Made by a program: the position numbers and the translations under genes. The notes under the pieces were generated by a model, which saw nothing but the letters and a program-made list of their open reading frames with translations, was not told the DNA's origin and searched no databases. DNA of 64,000 nt, taken from positions 8,298 to 72,297 of the forward strand of contig CAYLSI010000014.1 of assembly GCA_964386545.1 (NCBI GenBank), read 5' to 3'. Below, piece by piece: positions 41,316 through 50,353 of this stretch (position 1 is its first letter; every line of letters starts with the position of its first letter). Origin of the DNA: an uncultured Hyphomicrobium sp. Lineage in GTDB: Bacteria; Pseudomonadota; Alphaproteobacteria; Rhizobiales; Hyphomicrobiaceae.

Positions 41316-41618
41316 ATTTTTTTACCCGAGGTCGTGCGGAACACGCCGCCGCAAAGCGGTGCGCGCCAGCCGGGTCTCAGCGAGACCGGACACGTGGCAC
41401 TTGTCAGGTGCCTCCGAGTAAGCAGCCAATTCCGGCGAAATTCCACTCCGAACATGGTGAACGGCGCCCTGTCCGTGACCGCTCGGCAACCCTTCCCCAG
41501 CGCCGGCGCCGTTTTGCCCTGTCGCGCGTTGCACTCGTGCCGGCGGGGGAGTAACGACGGAAGACAGACGATCCTCTGTCGCCTGCGGAACAGCGGTCCG
41601 CGCGGGCCGGCGTCAGGG

Positions 41619-41636
41619 TGGCTGCAATTTTGCAGC
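41619..41636. promoter_or_regulatory. perfect 18-bp palindrome GGCTGCAA-TT-TTGCAGCC immediately upstream of the GMC oxidoreductase RBS
   Basis: Read directly. Resembles the TTGCAGCG half-sites at 10721-10754. Confidence 0.3.
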
Positions 41637-41652
41637 CATTTGGGAAATTGCG

Positions 41653-43356
41653 ATGTCGAGATTGAGCTTGCCGCTCAGCGTCCTCAAGGCGCGGTACGAT
41701 GTGGTCGTCGTGGGCTCGGGCTACGGCGGCGGCGTCACGGCCTCGCGGCTCTCGCGCGCCGGCAAGCGCGTCGCGGTGCTCGAGCGCGGCCGGGAAATTC
41801 CGACAGGGCAATTCCCGCAGAAATTCTCCGAGCTCAAGAACGAGTTCCAGGTCACGGGCGCGAGCTTCCGCACGGGCTCCGAGCAGGCCCTCTACGACGT
41901 TCGCCTCGGCCGCGACATGCACGTGCTCGTCGCCTGCGGCCTCGGCGGCGGCTCGCTCGTCAATGCGGGTGTCTCGCTCGTTCCCGACCGGCGCGTCTTC
42001 ACGGACGAGGCCTGGCCGGGACAGCTCGCGCAGGACGGCACCATCGAGGAAGGCTATCGGCGCGCCGAGCAATGGCTGCGCCCGGCGTCCGACCCGCGGG
42101 CGCGCGAGATGACGAAATACAAGGTGCTCGACACGGCCGGCGCGGGCCTCGGCGGAACGGTGGTCGCGCCGCGCATCGCGGTGAGCTTCGAGGACAACGT
42201 CAATCCGGCCGGCGTCCATCAGAGCGCCTGCACGCGGTGCGGCGACTGCTGCGCGGGCTGCAACGTGGGCGCCAAGAATACCGTCGCGCTCACCTATCTG
42301 CCGGACGCGGTGCGCCACGGCGCCGAGCTGTTCACGGGCCTCAAGGTCGAGACCGTGCGCAAGGCGGCCGGCGGCGCGTCGCAAGGTGTCTGGCAGGTCA
42401 AGGCGCGCGTGATCGCACCGGAGCGGGGCGCGGCCACCGAAGTGCTCATCGAAGCGCCCGTCGTCGTGCTGGCCGCGGGCACGCTGGGCTCGACCGAGAT
42501 CATGCTGCGCTCGCGCGAGGCGGGTCTTGCCGTCTCCGACCGGCTCGGCCATCGCTTCTCGGCGAACGGCGACATCATCGCGTTCGGCTACGGCGCGAAA
42601 TCGACCGTGAACGCCGTCGGCGTCGGCTATCCGCCCAAGGTGGCCGATCTCGAAATCGGCGCGGCGGTTTCCGGCCAGATGGAGTTTCGCGACGCGGACG
42701 TGCTCGCCAACGAGCTCCACGTGCAGGAAGGCGCGCTGCCGTCGGCATTCGCCTCCGTGCTGCCCGTGCTGTTCGTGCCGAACGGCCGCCTGCTCGGCGC
42801 GCTCTCGAGCCTCGTCAACGGCGTCTACAAGGGCCCGTTCGCGAGCCTGCAGACCTTCTTCGCCGTGTCGCACGACAGCGCCTCGGGCCGCTTCTCGCTC
42901 GACGGCAATCAGCTCGCGCTGTCGTGGGCCAACGCCAAGGACGAGCCCGTCTACGCGCGGCTCGACGCCATCCTGTCGCGGCTCGTGACGGCGAGCGGCG
43001 GCTCCTACGTCAAGAACCCGCTCGCGGGCACCGTGATGGGCCATCAGCCGGCGACCGCGCATCCGCTCGGCGGCTGCGGCATGGGCCGCGACCGCAGCGA
43101 CGGCGTGGTGGACCACAAGTGCCGCGTGTTCAACGGCGCGGCGGGCGCGGGCGAAACGGCCGTGCACGAGGGGCTCTACGTCATCGACGGCGCGGTCGTG
43201 CCGCGCTCGCTCGGCGTCAACCCGCTGCTCACGATCACGGCGCTCGCCGAGCGCGCGATGATCCACTTTGCGCACGACCGCGGCCTGCGCTACACCACGG
43301 CGCCGGCTACGGCCGAAGCCGCCGCGCCGGCGAGCTACGCCGCCGCTTCGCCCTAA
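41653..43356 (+). CDS. GMC-family FAD-dependent oxidoreductase (cholesterol/choline oxidase-like)
   Basis: N-terminal FAD fold YDVVVVGSGYGGGVTASRL. C-terminal GMC catalytic region HPLGGCGMG. Confidence 0.8.
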   Translation: MSRLSLPLSVLKARYDVVVVGSGYGGGVTASRLSRAGKRVAVLERGREIPTGQFPQKFSELKNEFQVTGASFRTGSEQALYDVRLGRDMHVLVACGLGGGSLVNAGVSLVPDRRVFTDEAWPGQLAQDGTIEEGYRRAEQWLRPASDPRAREMTKYKVLDTAGAGLGGTVVAPRIAVSFEDNVNPAGVHQSACTRCGDCCAGCNVGAKNTVALTYLPDAVRHGAELFTGLKVETVRKAAGGASQGVWQVKARVIAPERGAATEVLIEAPVVVLAAGTLGSTEIMLRSREAGLAVSDRLGHRFSANGDIIAFGYGAKSTVNAVGVGYPPKVADLEIGAAVSGQMEFRDADVLANELHVQEGALPSAFASVLPVLFVPNGRLLGALSSLVNGVYKGPFASLQTFFAVSHDSASGRFSLDGNQLALSWANAKDEPVYARLDAILSRLVTASGGSYVKNPLAGTVMGHQPATAHPLGGCGMGRDRSDGVVDHKCRVFNGAAGAGETAVHEGLYVIDGAVVPRSLGVNPLLTITALAERAMIHFAHDRGLRYTTAPATAEAAAPASYAAASP

Positions 43357-43382
43357 CAGCCGAGATCCACAGCCGAGATCCG

Positions 43383-44321
43383 ATGCGTATCGAATACCAC
43401 CGCACGCTCATCGCCGACGGCGTGCGCAACACAGCCTTTCACGATGCGCTCGCGGCCGTCATCCTGCGCGGCAAGACCGTGGTCGCCGACATCGGCGCGG
43501 GAACCGGGCTTATCGGCCTCATGGCGTCCAAGCTCGGCGCGCGCGAGGTCTATCTCTACGAGGCGGCCGAAGTGGCGGGTGTTGCGGCCGCGGTTCTCAA
43601 AGCGAACAAGGCCAAGGGCTGCCAGCTCATTCCCGGCCATTCGACCGAAATGGACGACCCTCCGCTCGCCGACGTCGTGGTGTCGGAAACGCTCGGCAAC
43701 TACGCGCTCGAGGAGAACATCATCGACACGCTCGCCGACGCGCAGCGCCGGCACCTCAAGTCCGGGGGCGTGATGATCCCGCAGCGTATCCGCCAGTTCG
43801 TCTGTCCCGTCGTCTCGGATCGCTTTCACAACGAGCTCACGGTGTGGGACGGCGTCGGCTTCGGCATCGACCTTGCGGTTGCGCGCACGATGAGCCTCAA
43901 CAACGTCTATGTGCGCTCCTTCACGGCCGACGATCTCTTCGACGGCGGCGAGGCGGCCAAGCTCTGGGATACGGTGACGCTCGGCGCCGAGACGCGCGCC
44001 AACCGCAAGGGCGAGGCGACCTGGAAGATCGACAGGCCCGTGACCGTGCACGGGTTCGCCTATTGGTGGGAAGCGGATCTCTCCGACACGATCACGCTCT
44101 CGACGTCTCCCGCCGCGCCGCGCACGCACTGGGAGCAGCTTTTCTTCCCGCTGCTCTCGCCTATCTCGCTCGAACCGGGCGAGAGCCTGCTCGTGACGCT
44201 GCGCTCGCGCTCGAGCGAGGACGAGGGCACACACCTCGCGTGGACCGCAGTGCATTTCCGACGCGACGGCGGATCCAAGGGGCGCCAGGCCATGGATCTC
44301 GACAAGGGCTGGATTCCCTAG
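43383..44321 (+). CDS. protein arginine N-methyltransferase (PRMT)-like class I SAM methyltransferase
   Basis: Motif I VADIGAGTGLIG. Post-I acidic YLYEAAE. Double-E loop VVSETLGNYALEE. Motif III LKSGGVMIPQ. THW loop RTHWEQLFFPL. C-terminal beta-barrel-like region. Confidence 0.7.
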   Translation: MRIEYHRTLIADGVRNTAFHDALAAVILRGKTVVADIGAGTGLIGLMASKLGAREVYLYEAAEVAGVAAAVLKANKAKGCQLIPGHSTEMDDPPLADVVVSETLGNYALEENIIDTLADAQRRHLKSGGVMIPQRIRQFVCPVVSDRFHNELTVWDGVGFGIDLAVARTMSLNNVYVRSFTADDLFDGGEAAKLWDTVTLGAETRANRKGEATWKIDRPVTVHGFAYWWEADLSDTITLSTSPAAPRTHWEQLFFPLLSPISLEPGESLLVTLRSRSSEDEGTHLAWTAVHFRRDGGSKGRQAMDLDKGWIP

Positions 44322-44369
44322 AGCGCGTTCACTTTCATCAGACTCGGATTTCGCGCATGAACGCGCTCT
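44320..44369 (+). terminator. 12-bp perfect-stem hairpin (AGAGCGCGTTCA...TGAACGCGCTCT) starting in the PRMT-like stop codon; followed by a T-containing tract
   Basis: Read directly. Confidence 0.45.
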
Positions 44370-44417
44370 AAAGTCTTTGTTCGAGAGCCTGCGTCACGCC
44401 CTCGCTGCACGCTCTCT

Positions 44418-44489
44418 CCTCTTGCCCGCCTTCGGCAGGATACTCTTGCCTGCCTTCGGCCCTCTATCTTTGCCTGCCTTCGGCAGGAC
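44418..44489. repeat. three imperfect tandem copies of a ~24-bp unit (CTCTTGCC[C/T]GCCTTCGGCAGGA); copy 3 forms a perfect CCUGCC-UUCG-GGCAGG tetraloop hairpin
   Basis: Read directly. Confidence 0.6.
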
Positions 44490-44661
44490 GCCGCCCGCAT
44501 CTCGGACGATCAGGCTCTCATCGCGCGCGCAATTTTGCGTACGTATACCGGCCGGAACAGCACGATCATTCGCGCGCGGCCATGATGCGTTTCAACGGCG
44601 ACGATCAACGACCAAGATCGCCGTGATCCTGTGCAACCGTCCGCATCATGGAGATCCCGAT

Positions 44662-44943
44662 ATGCGCACACTGCTCGCCCTCACGCTCATCGCGACCTCG
44701 TCCGCTCTCATCTCGGCTGCGCCCGCCATGGCCGAGAAGATGGGCTCGACGACGCACGTCTACAAAGACGGCCGCCCGAAGATCAAGCATCTCCCGCTGC
44801 CCAACGACGATGCCTTCAAGGGCTGGAACGCCAAGTCCGTCGCGAAGCTGAAGCTCTGCTATAAGGGCGGCGGCATGTTCAAGTCCGGCGGCAAGTGGGT
44901 CAATGGCCGTTGCCGCTATCCGGACGGCACGTCCTGGAACTAG
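44662..44943 (+). CDS. small secreted protein (93 aa, signal peptide MRTLLALTLIATSSALISAAPAMA, 2 Cys)
   Basis: ATG at 44662. Cleavable signal peptide. Followed by a 10-bp-stem hairpin (CCGATCCGAT-aga-ATCGGATCGG) at 44951-44973. Confidence 0.5.
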   Translation: MRTLLALTLIATSSALISAAPAMAEKMGSTTHVYKDGRPKIKHLPLPNDDAFKGWNAKSVAKLKLCYKGGGMFKSGGKWVNGRCRYPDGTSWN

Positions 44944-44949
44944 ACCGTT

Positions 44950-45050
44950 TTCCGATCCGATAGAATCGGATCGGCCCGCTCTAGATTCTTGCTTTGTCGC
45001 ATTTTCTTACGACGAACCGGCATCCACTTCGTCGGAAAATGCTCCAATGC
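44950..45050. repeat. dispersed intergenic repeat, copy C (extended form: upstream hairpin + CGCTCTAGATTCTTG + core hairpin)
   Basis: Near-identical to copy D (56165-56256) over about 90 bp. Core shared with copies A and B. Confidence 0.8.
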
Positions 45051-45135
45051 CCCGCATCGTCATCGCGCCGGAATGGACAACGGCCAGGTGGATCGCTCCG
45101 CCTGGCCGCTTTGCTTTCCACGAGCGACGATCGCC

Positions 45136-46548
45136 TCACACGGACGAGGCGCTGGACGGCTTCGGCGCGCGATCGTTGGCGGGCTCGAACGTGAACGCCA
45201 CCGCGGCCGGGTCGTAGCCGGACACCGACTGCGCCACGGGCTTGCGCAGCGCCGGCCCGCTCACGGGGATGAGCTCGGCGCGCGGATCGAACGTGCGCAT
45301 GAACTGCGCGATGCGCGGGGCGATCTCGGCGCGGAAGCGCGAGCCATTGAAAATGCCGTAGTGGCCGACGCCCGTGCATTCGACGTGCAGGCGCTTGTCC
45401 TCGGCGAGGCCGCTCACGAGATCATGCGCGGCGCGGCACTGGCCGACGCCCGTGATGTCGTCCCGCTCGCCCTCGATCGTCATCAGCGCGACGCGGCGGA
45501 TCTGGGACGGGTCGACGCGGCGTCCGCGATGCGTGAACTCGCCCCGCGGCAGCGTATGGCGCACGAAGACGCGGTCGATGGTGTCGAGGTAGAACTCGGA
45601 CGTCAGGTCCATGACGGCCAGGTACTCGTCGTAGAACTCGCGATGCTTCTCGGCCGAGTCGCCGTCGCCCTCGACGAGGTCGCGGAACAACTGCTTGTGG
45701 GCGTTGGCGTGACGCTCGAGGTTCATGGCCATGAAGCCCGAAAGCTGCATGAAGCCCGGATAGACGTTGCGGCCGGCGCCGGCGTGCGACCAGGGCACCG
45801 ACGTGATGACATGGCGCGCGAACCACGCGGTGCCGCGGTCGACGGCGACGCGATTGACCGCGGTCGGGCTCACGCGCGTGTCGATGGGGCCGCCGGCCAG
45901 AACCATGCTGAGCGGCACGTTCGGATCGTGATCCTGCTCCATCAGCGAGACGGCGGCCATCACCGGCACGGCCGGCTGGCATACGGCATAGACGTGCACG
46001 TCGCCTTTGAAGAGCGTGATCATCTCGCGGATGTAGTCGACGTAGTCGTCGAGACCGAACTCGCCAGCCGACAGCGGCACGCCGGCCGCGTCCTGCCAGT
46101 CGGTAATGTAGACCTCGTGATCGGGCAGCAGCGCCTCAACGGTGCCGCGCAGCAGCGTCGCGTAGTGGCCGGACATCGGCGCGACGAGCAGGACGCGCGG
46201 ATGGGCGGCGCGCTCGGCCGGCGTCATGTTGCGATGGAAGTGCACGAGGCGGCAAAAAGGGCGGTCCCAAACGACCTCCTCTCCGACGTCGACCACGCGG
46301 TTGGCGATGCGCGTCGTCTTCAGTCCGAATGCGGGCTTCTCGTAGCGGCGCGTCGTGCGCTCGAAGACCTCACAGGCGGCGGCGGCGTGACGGCCGGCCA
46401 GCGTGAGCGACATGGGATTGAAGGGGCTTTCCACCAGAAAGCGAACTGATTCGGCTACTGCACGTGCTGGCTTCAATGCCGCATGGCTCATCTCGTACCA
46501 GTGATAGAGCAATCTTGAAGCTCCCGCGAATTGGAGCGGAGCCCGCAC
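45136..46548 (-). CDS. phaZ: intracellular polyhydroxyalkanoate (PHB) depolymerase PhaZ
   Basis: 470 aa. Family-typical N-terminus LLYHWYEMSHAAL and conserved core. Start ambiguous. Confidence 0.75.
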   Translation of the reverse strand: MRAPLQFAGASRLLYHWYEMSHAALKPARAVAESVRFLVESPFNPMSLTLAGRHAAAACEVFERTTRRYEKPAFGLKTTRIANRVVDVGEEVVWDRPFCRLVHFHRNMTPAERAAHPRVLLVAPMSGHYATLLRGTVEALLPDHEVYITDWQDAAGVPLSAGEFGLDDYVDYIREMITLFKGDVHVYAVCQPAVPVMAAVSLMEQDHDPNVPLSMVLAGGPIDTRVSPTAVNRVAVDRGTAWFARHVITSVPWSHAGAGRNVYPGFMQLSGFMAMNLERHANAHKQLFRDLVEGDGDSAEKHREFYDEYLAVMDLTSEFYLDTIDRVFVRHTLPRGEFTHRGRRVDPSQIRRVALMTIEGERDDITGVGQCRAAHDLVSGLAEDKRLHVECTGVGHYGIFNGSRFRAEIAPRIAQFMRTFDPRAELIPVSGPALRKPVAQSVSGYDPAAVAFTFEPANDRAPKPSSASSV

Positions 46549-46698
46549 TTTGCGGACCGCGCGTTATCTGCTGTTCCGTGATAACGCACGAGACAGCGGA
46601 ATCGTCACGCTGGGAGCGCGGCTAAAGGCCGCCGAAACCAAATTTTTATCGCTTTTTGATCATCCCCCGGCGGGAGGATGCACTGATTCGAGCGTTCC

Positions 46699-47388
46699 CT
46701 AAAGCGATGCCGCGGTCTGTCCCGCATCGATCACGCGGGCGATTTCCGCTGCGATCACCTTGGCGTCGGCGCCATGCGAGAAGTGCCTCACGAACTCGCC
46801 GCGGGCATCCATCAGATAAATAAAGGGACTGTGGTCGACGCTGTATTCGCCGGGATTGGCTTCATCCGGCACCTTTTTGGCGTAGACGCGGTAGGCCTTG
46901 ATCGCGGCGGCGACCTCCTCCGGCGTGCCGGAGAGCCCCACGATCGTCTTGTGGAAGCTCTTCGCGTACTTGTCGACGACCTCGGGCGTGTCGCGCTCGG
47001 GGTCGACGGTGATGAACAGCGGCGTCATGCGGCTCGCCTTGTCGCCCAGTTCGTCGAGCGCGGCCGCGATCACCTGCAGCCCCGCCGGGCAGACGTCCGG
47101 ACAGTGGGTGAAGCCGAAGAACACCAGCATCGGCTTGCCGGCGAAGTCCTTCTCCGTGACCGCCTTGCCGGCGCCGTCCTTCAGGGCAAAGGGCCCGCCG
47201 ATGGCCGCCTTGCCGATCGTCTGCTGTTGCGGCGCAGACTGAGGAATAATGGCCAGGAGCGCCGCCGTCATGACGCCCGCGGCCAAGCCCACCAACAGCG
47301 CGAGCAGCACGAGCTTCCGGGACGAGGCCGCGGTCTCCGGATTCTTCTTGCCTGCTTTCGCCGCCATCGCCGATCCGTTCTTTCGCAA
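46699..47388 (-). CDS. senC: SCO1/SenC family copper chaperone (thioredoxin fold, CxxxC)
   Basis: MLVFFGFTHCPDVCP motif. N-terminal TM anchor. Confidence 0.85.
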   Translation of the reverse strand: MRKNGSAMAAKAGKKNPETAASSRKLVLLALLVGLAAGVMTAALLAIIPQSAPQQQTIGKAAIGGPFALKDGAGKAVTEKDFAGKPMLVFFGFTHCPDVCPAGLQVIAAALDELGDKASRMTPLFITVDPERDTPEVVDKYAKSFHKTIVGLSGTPEEVAAAIKAYRVYAKKVPDEANPGEYSVDHSPFIYLMDARGEFVRHFSHGADAKVIAAEIARVIDAGQTAASL

Positions 47389-47542
47389 TTCGCGCCCGGG
47401 GCCACGCCCGGCCGATCCGAAAATTATGCTGCTTCCGACCTTCGTCGGCCTCTATTTGGATCACGCCTTGCCAGCTTGCAAGCTATGCTAGTATTTCCCG
47501 TCTCCAGAGCCCCTACGGCCCTCGTCAAAGAAGTAGTTTCCG

Positions 47543-48967
47543 GTGCAAGAAAGACTGACCAAGCGCTTTTCTTCCAACTTCGCCCTCGATGGCGACAGCC
47601 AGCTCCGCCTTTCGACCATTGTCCGCCTCCGCTGGGTCGGCGTCATCGGCCAGATCGTGGCGCTCAGCATCGTCTACTACTGGTTCGGGTTCGATCTGCC
47701 GGCCGGCCCCTGCCTCATCATCATCGCGGTGTCGGCCTGGGTGAACGTGTTCCTGGCGATCCGCTATCCGGCGCGCCATCGCCTGACGGTGAACTTCGCG
47801 ACCGCGCTGCTCGCCTACGACATCCTGCAGCTCGCCTCGCTCCTTTATCTCACCGGCGGCATCGACAATCCCTTCACGATGCTGCTGATGGCGCCCGTCA
47901 CGGTCTCGGCGGCGACGCTGCCGCTGACGCGGACGATCGGGCTCGGCATCCTCGCGCTCGGCTGCACGCTGCTGCTCGTCTTCCACGCCATGCCGCTGCC
48001 CTGGTATGTGGATCCGGCGCTGACGCTCCCGGTGCTCTACAAGCTCGGCATTTTCGCCGCCGTTGGCGCCTCGATGCCGTTCCTCGCGCTCTACGTCTGG
48101 CGCTTGACGAACGAAGGCAAGCAGATGTCGGCCGCACTGGCCGCGACCGAGCTCGTGCTCGCACGCGAGCAGAAGCTGCACGCGCTCGACGGTCTGGCGG
48201 CAGCGGCCGCGCACGAGCTCGGCACGCCGCTCTCCACGATCACGCTGGTCACCAACGAGCTGGACCGCCAGTTCGACAAGAACAGCCCGTTCCGCGAGGA
48301 TATTCTGCTCTTGCGCAGCCAGGCGCAGCGGTGCCGCGAGATCCTGCAGAAGCTCACGCGCCAGCCGCCGGACGAGGATCCGCTGCACGCGAGCCTCACC
48401 ATCAAGGAGATGCTGCACGAGGCCGCCCAGCCCTATTTCGGCGGGCGGGCCATGGTCCATATCACGACGGCGCCGTCGTCGGGCGTCGCGGGCGCGGATG
48501 CACGCGTGCCGGTCGCGATGCGCCGGCCCGGCGTCATCTACGGCCTCGAAAACATCATCGAGAATGCCGCCGACTTCTGCTCCAGCCGCGTCGACGTGAA
48601 AGGCGAATGGGATTCCCAAACCGTCTCGGTCACGATCCTGGACGACGGCCCCGGCTTCAAGCCGGAGGTCATCGACAATCTGGGCGAGCCTTACGTCACC
48701 ACGCGCGGGAGTGGACGAAAGGACAAGAGAGGGCACAAGGTCTCCGGCATGGGCCTCGGCTTCTTCATCGCCAAGACGCTGCTCGAACGGTCGGGAGCGC
48801 GCCTGCAGCTCGAAAACAGGCTCGAGCCGGAGCGGGGCGCGGTCGTACGCGTCACCTGGCCGAGAGCCGCATTCGAAGCCGCCGTCGAGCGCGAGACCAC
48901 CGTTCCGCCGCCGGCCCGCCGCCGCGAGCCGCCGGGCCCCGGCGACCCGATCACGGATGCGATCTAG
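47543..48967 (+). CDS. regB: redox-responsive sensor histidine kinase RegB/PrrB/ActS
   Basis: Six-TM N-terminus, H-box AAAAHELGTPLSTI, HATPase_c (GMGLGFFIAKTLL). Classic senC/regB/regA neighbourhood. Confidence 0.85.
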   Translation: MQERLTKRFSSNFALDGDSQLRLSTIVRLRWVGVIGQIVALSIVYYWFGFDLPAGPCLIIIAVSAWVNVFLAIRYPARHRLTVNFATALLAYDILQLASLLYLTGGIDNPFTMLLMAPVTVSAATLPLTRTIGLGILALGCTLLLVFHAMPLPWYVDPALTLPVLYKLGIFAAVGASMPFLALYVWRLTNEGKQMSAALAATELVLAREQKLHALDGLAAAAAHELGTPLSTITLVTNELDRQFDKNSPFREDILLLRSQAQRCREILQKLTRQPPDEDPLHASLTIKEMLHEAAQPYFGGRAMVHITTAPSSGVAGADARVPVAMRRPGVIYGLENIIENAADFCSSRVDVKGEWDSQTVSVTILDDGPGFKPEVIDNLGEPYVTTRGSGRKDKRGHKVSGMGLGFFIAKTLLERSGARLQLENRLEPERGAVVRVTWPRAAFEAAVERETTVPPPARRREPPGPGDPITDAI

Positions 48968-49124
48968 TTCGACGCCGCACCGGAACAGGAGTGAAATTTA
49001 TTAACGGCGAAACCCTGCCGTACACCAAGATTCCGCTTTCAGAGAGTACGGTTATGCTAAACGATGTTCTAGTATTGGAGTCGGATCCAAGGCTAATATA
49101 AGTCCCAAAAAGTGGGAGGACGCG

Positions 49125-49691
49125 GTGGAAACAGAAGACCTATCATTTCGGCAAGACGAGCTGCCCGAGGACCGCTCTCTCATCATCGTCGATGACGATC
49201 GTCCTTTCCTGCAGCGTCTCGCCCGCGCCATGGAGCTGCGTGGCTTCGAAGTGCGCAGCGCCCATTCCATCGCGGAAGGCATCGAGCTCATTCGTGCGCA
49301 GGCCCCGGCCTTCGCCGTCGTCGACATGCGGCTGGAGGACGGCAACGGCCTCGACGTGATCGCGGAGCTGACCAAGGTTCGTCCCGATACGCGCATCATC
49401 GTGCTGACCGGCTACGGCAACATCGCCACCGCCGTCTCCGCCGTGAAGCTCGGCGCGGTGGACTATCTGGCCAAGCCCGCCGATGCCGACGACGTGACGG
49501 ACGCTCTGCTCGCGCCTCACAACGCGAAGGCCGCGCCTCCGGAAAACCCCATGTCGGCCGACCGCGTCCGCTGGGAGCACATCCAGCGCGTCTACGAGCT
49601 CTGCAACCGCAACGTCTCCGAGACAGCCCGCCGCCTCAACATGCACCGCCGCACGCTGCAACGCATTCTCGCCAAGCGCGCCCCGAAGTAA
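49125..49691 (+). CDS. regA: response regulator RegA/PrrA/ActR
   Basis: Receiver domain (IIVDDD...D), C-terminal Fis-type HTH (ETARRLNMHRRTLQRIL). GTG start with GGGAGGA RBS. Confidence 0.9.
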   Translation: METEDLSFRQDELPEDRSLIIVDDDRPFLQRLARAMELRGFEVRSAHSIAEGIELIRAQAPAFAVVDMRLEDGNGLDVIAELTKVRPDTRIIVLTGYGNIATAVSAVKLGAVDYLAKPADADDVTDALLAPHNAKAAPPENPMSADRVRWEHIQRVYELCNRNVSETARRLNMHRRTLQRILAKRAPK

Positions 49692-49694
49692 GGC

Positions 49695-50225
49695 TCACAC
49701 GTCCCCCACACCGAGGCCGATCGCCGCCTGAAGCGTAGGGTCGAGCGTCAGGCACAGCCGCGACGCGGCCGCACGCGCGATCTTCAACGTCATCGTCTTG
49801 CGGACATGGGCCGGCAAGCGCGCAAGCGGTGCCGGCCTTAGAATTTCTCCGGCATACCGATCCGCCGCAATCAGCCCCGTTTCGTCCGGCAGGATCTCGA
49901 ACGGGAAATCGGGACGCACGGCGAAAAACAGCCGGTCGCAATAGTCGCGATACTCCGGCCACTTCAGATCGCATCTGAAATCCTCGATCGAAGACTTGAT
50001 CTCCACGATCCAAATCGCCCCGTCCGGACCGATGCCGACGACATCCGCGCGCCGGCCGTTCGGCAGCGGAAGCTCCGAGATCGCGGCCATGCCGTGCGCG
50101 GCGAGCAGCCGCACGACGCCGCGGCAGATCTCGCGCGCCGTCTCCGACTGCGGGCCGCCGTAGGACGTGCGGGGAATATCCGCACCCTCTAATCCGTTTT
50201 CCACATTGTCCTCGATGCTGGTCAT
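49695..50225 (-). CDS. MmcB-like DNA repair protein family
   Basis: Conserved core WIVEIKSSIEDFRCDLKWPEYRDYCDRLFFAV, typical of the MmcB/PDDEXK-like family. Confidence 0.6.
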   Translation of the reverse strand: MTSIEDNVENGLEGADIPRTSYGGPQSETAREICRGVVRLLAAHGMAAISELPLPNGRRADVVGIGPDGAIWIVEIKSSIEDFRCDLKWPEYRDYCDRLFFAVRPDFPFEILPDETGLIAADRYAGEILRPAPLARLPAHVRKTMTLKIARAAASRLCLTLDPTLQAAIGLGVGDV

Positions 50226-50353
50226 GGATCTGCCATTTCGGGCTGTCACCAACGCCACAGCCTGATGCGTCAGGCCATCGCATTCGGATCGATAACGCGG
50301 CTCCGCATCGAACGGAGACCTCCCGATGTTGTCCTCAAGAAGGTGCGGACCTC

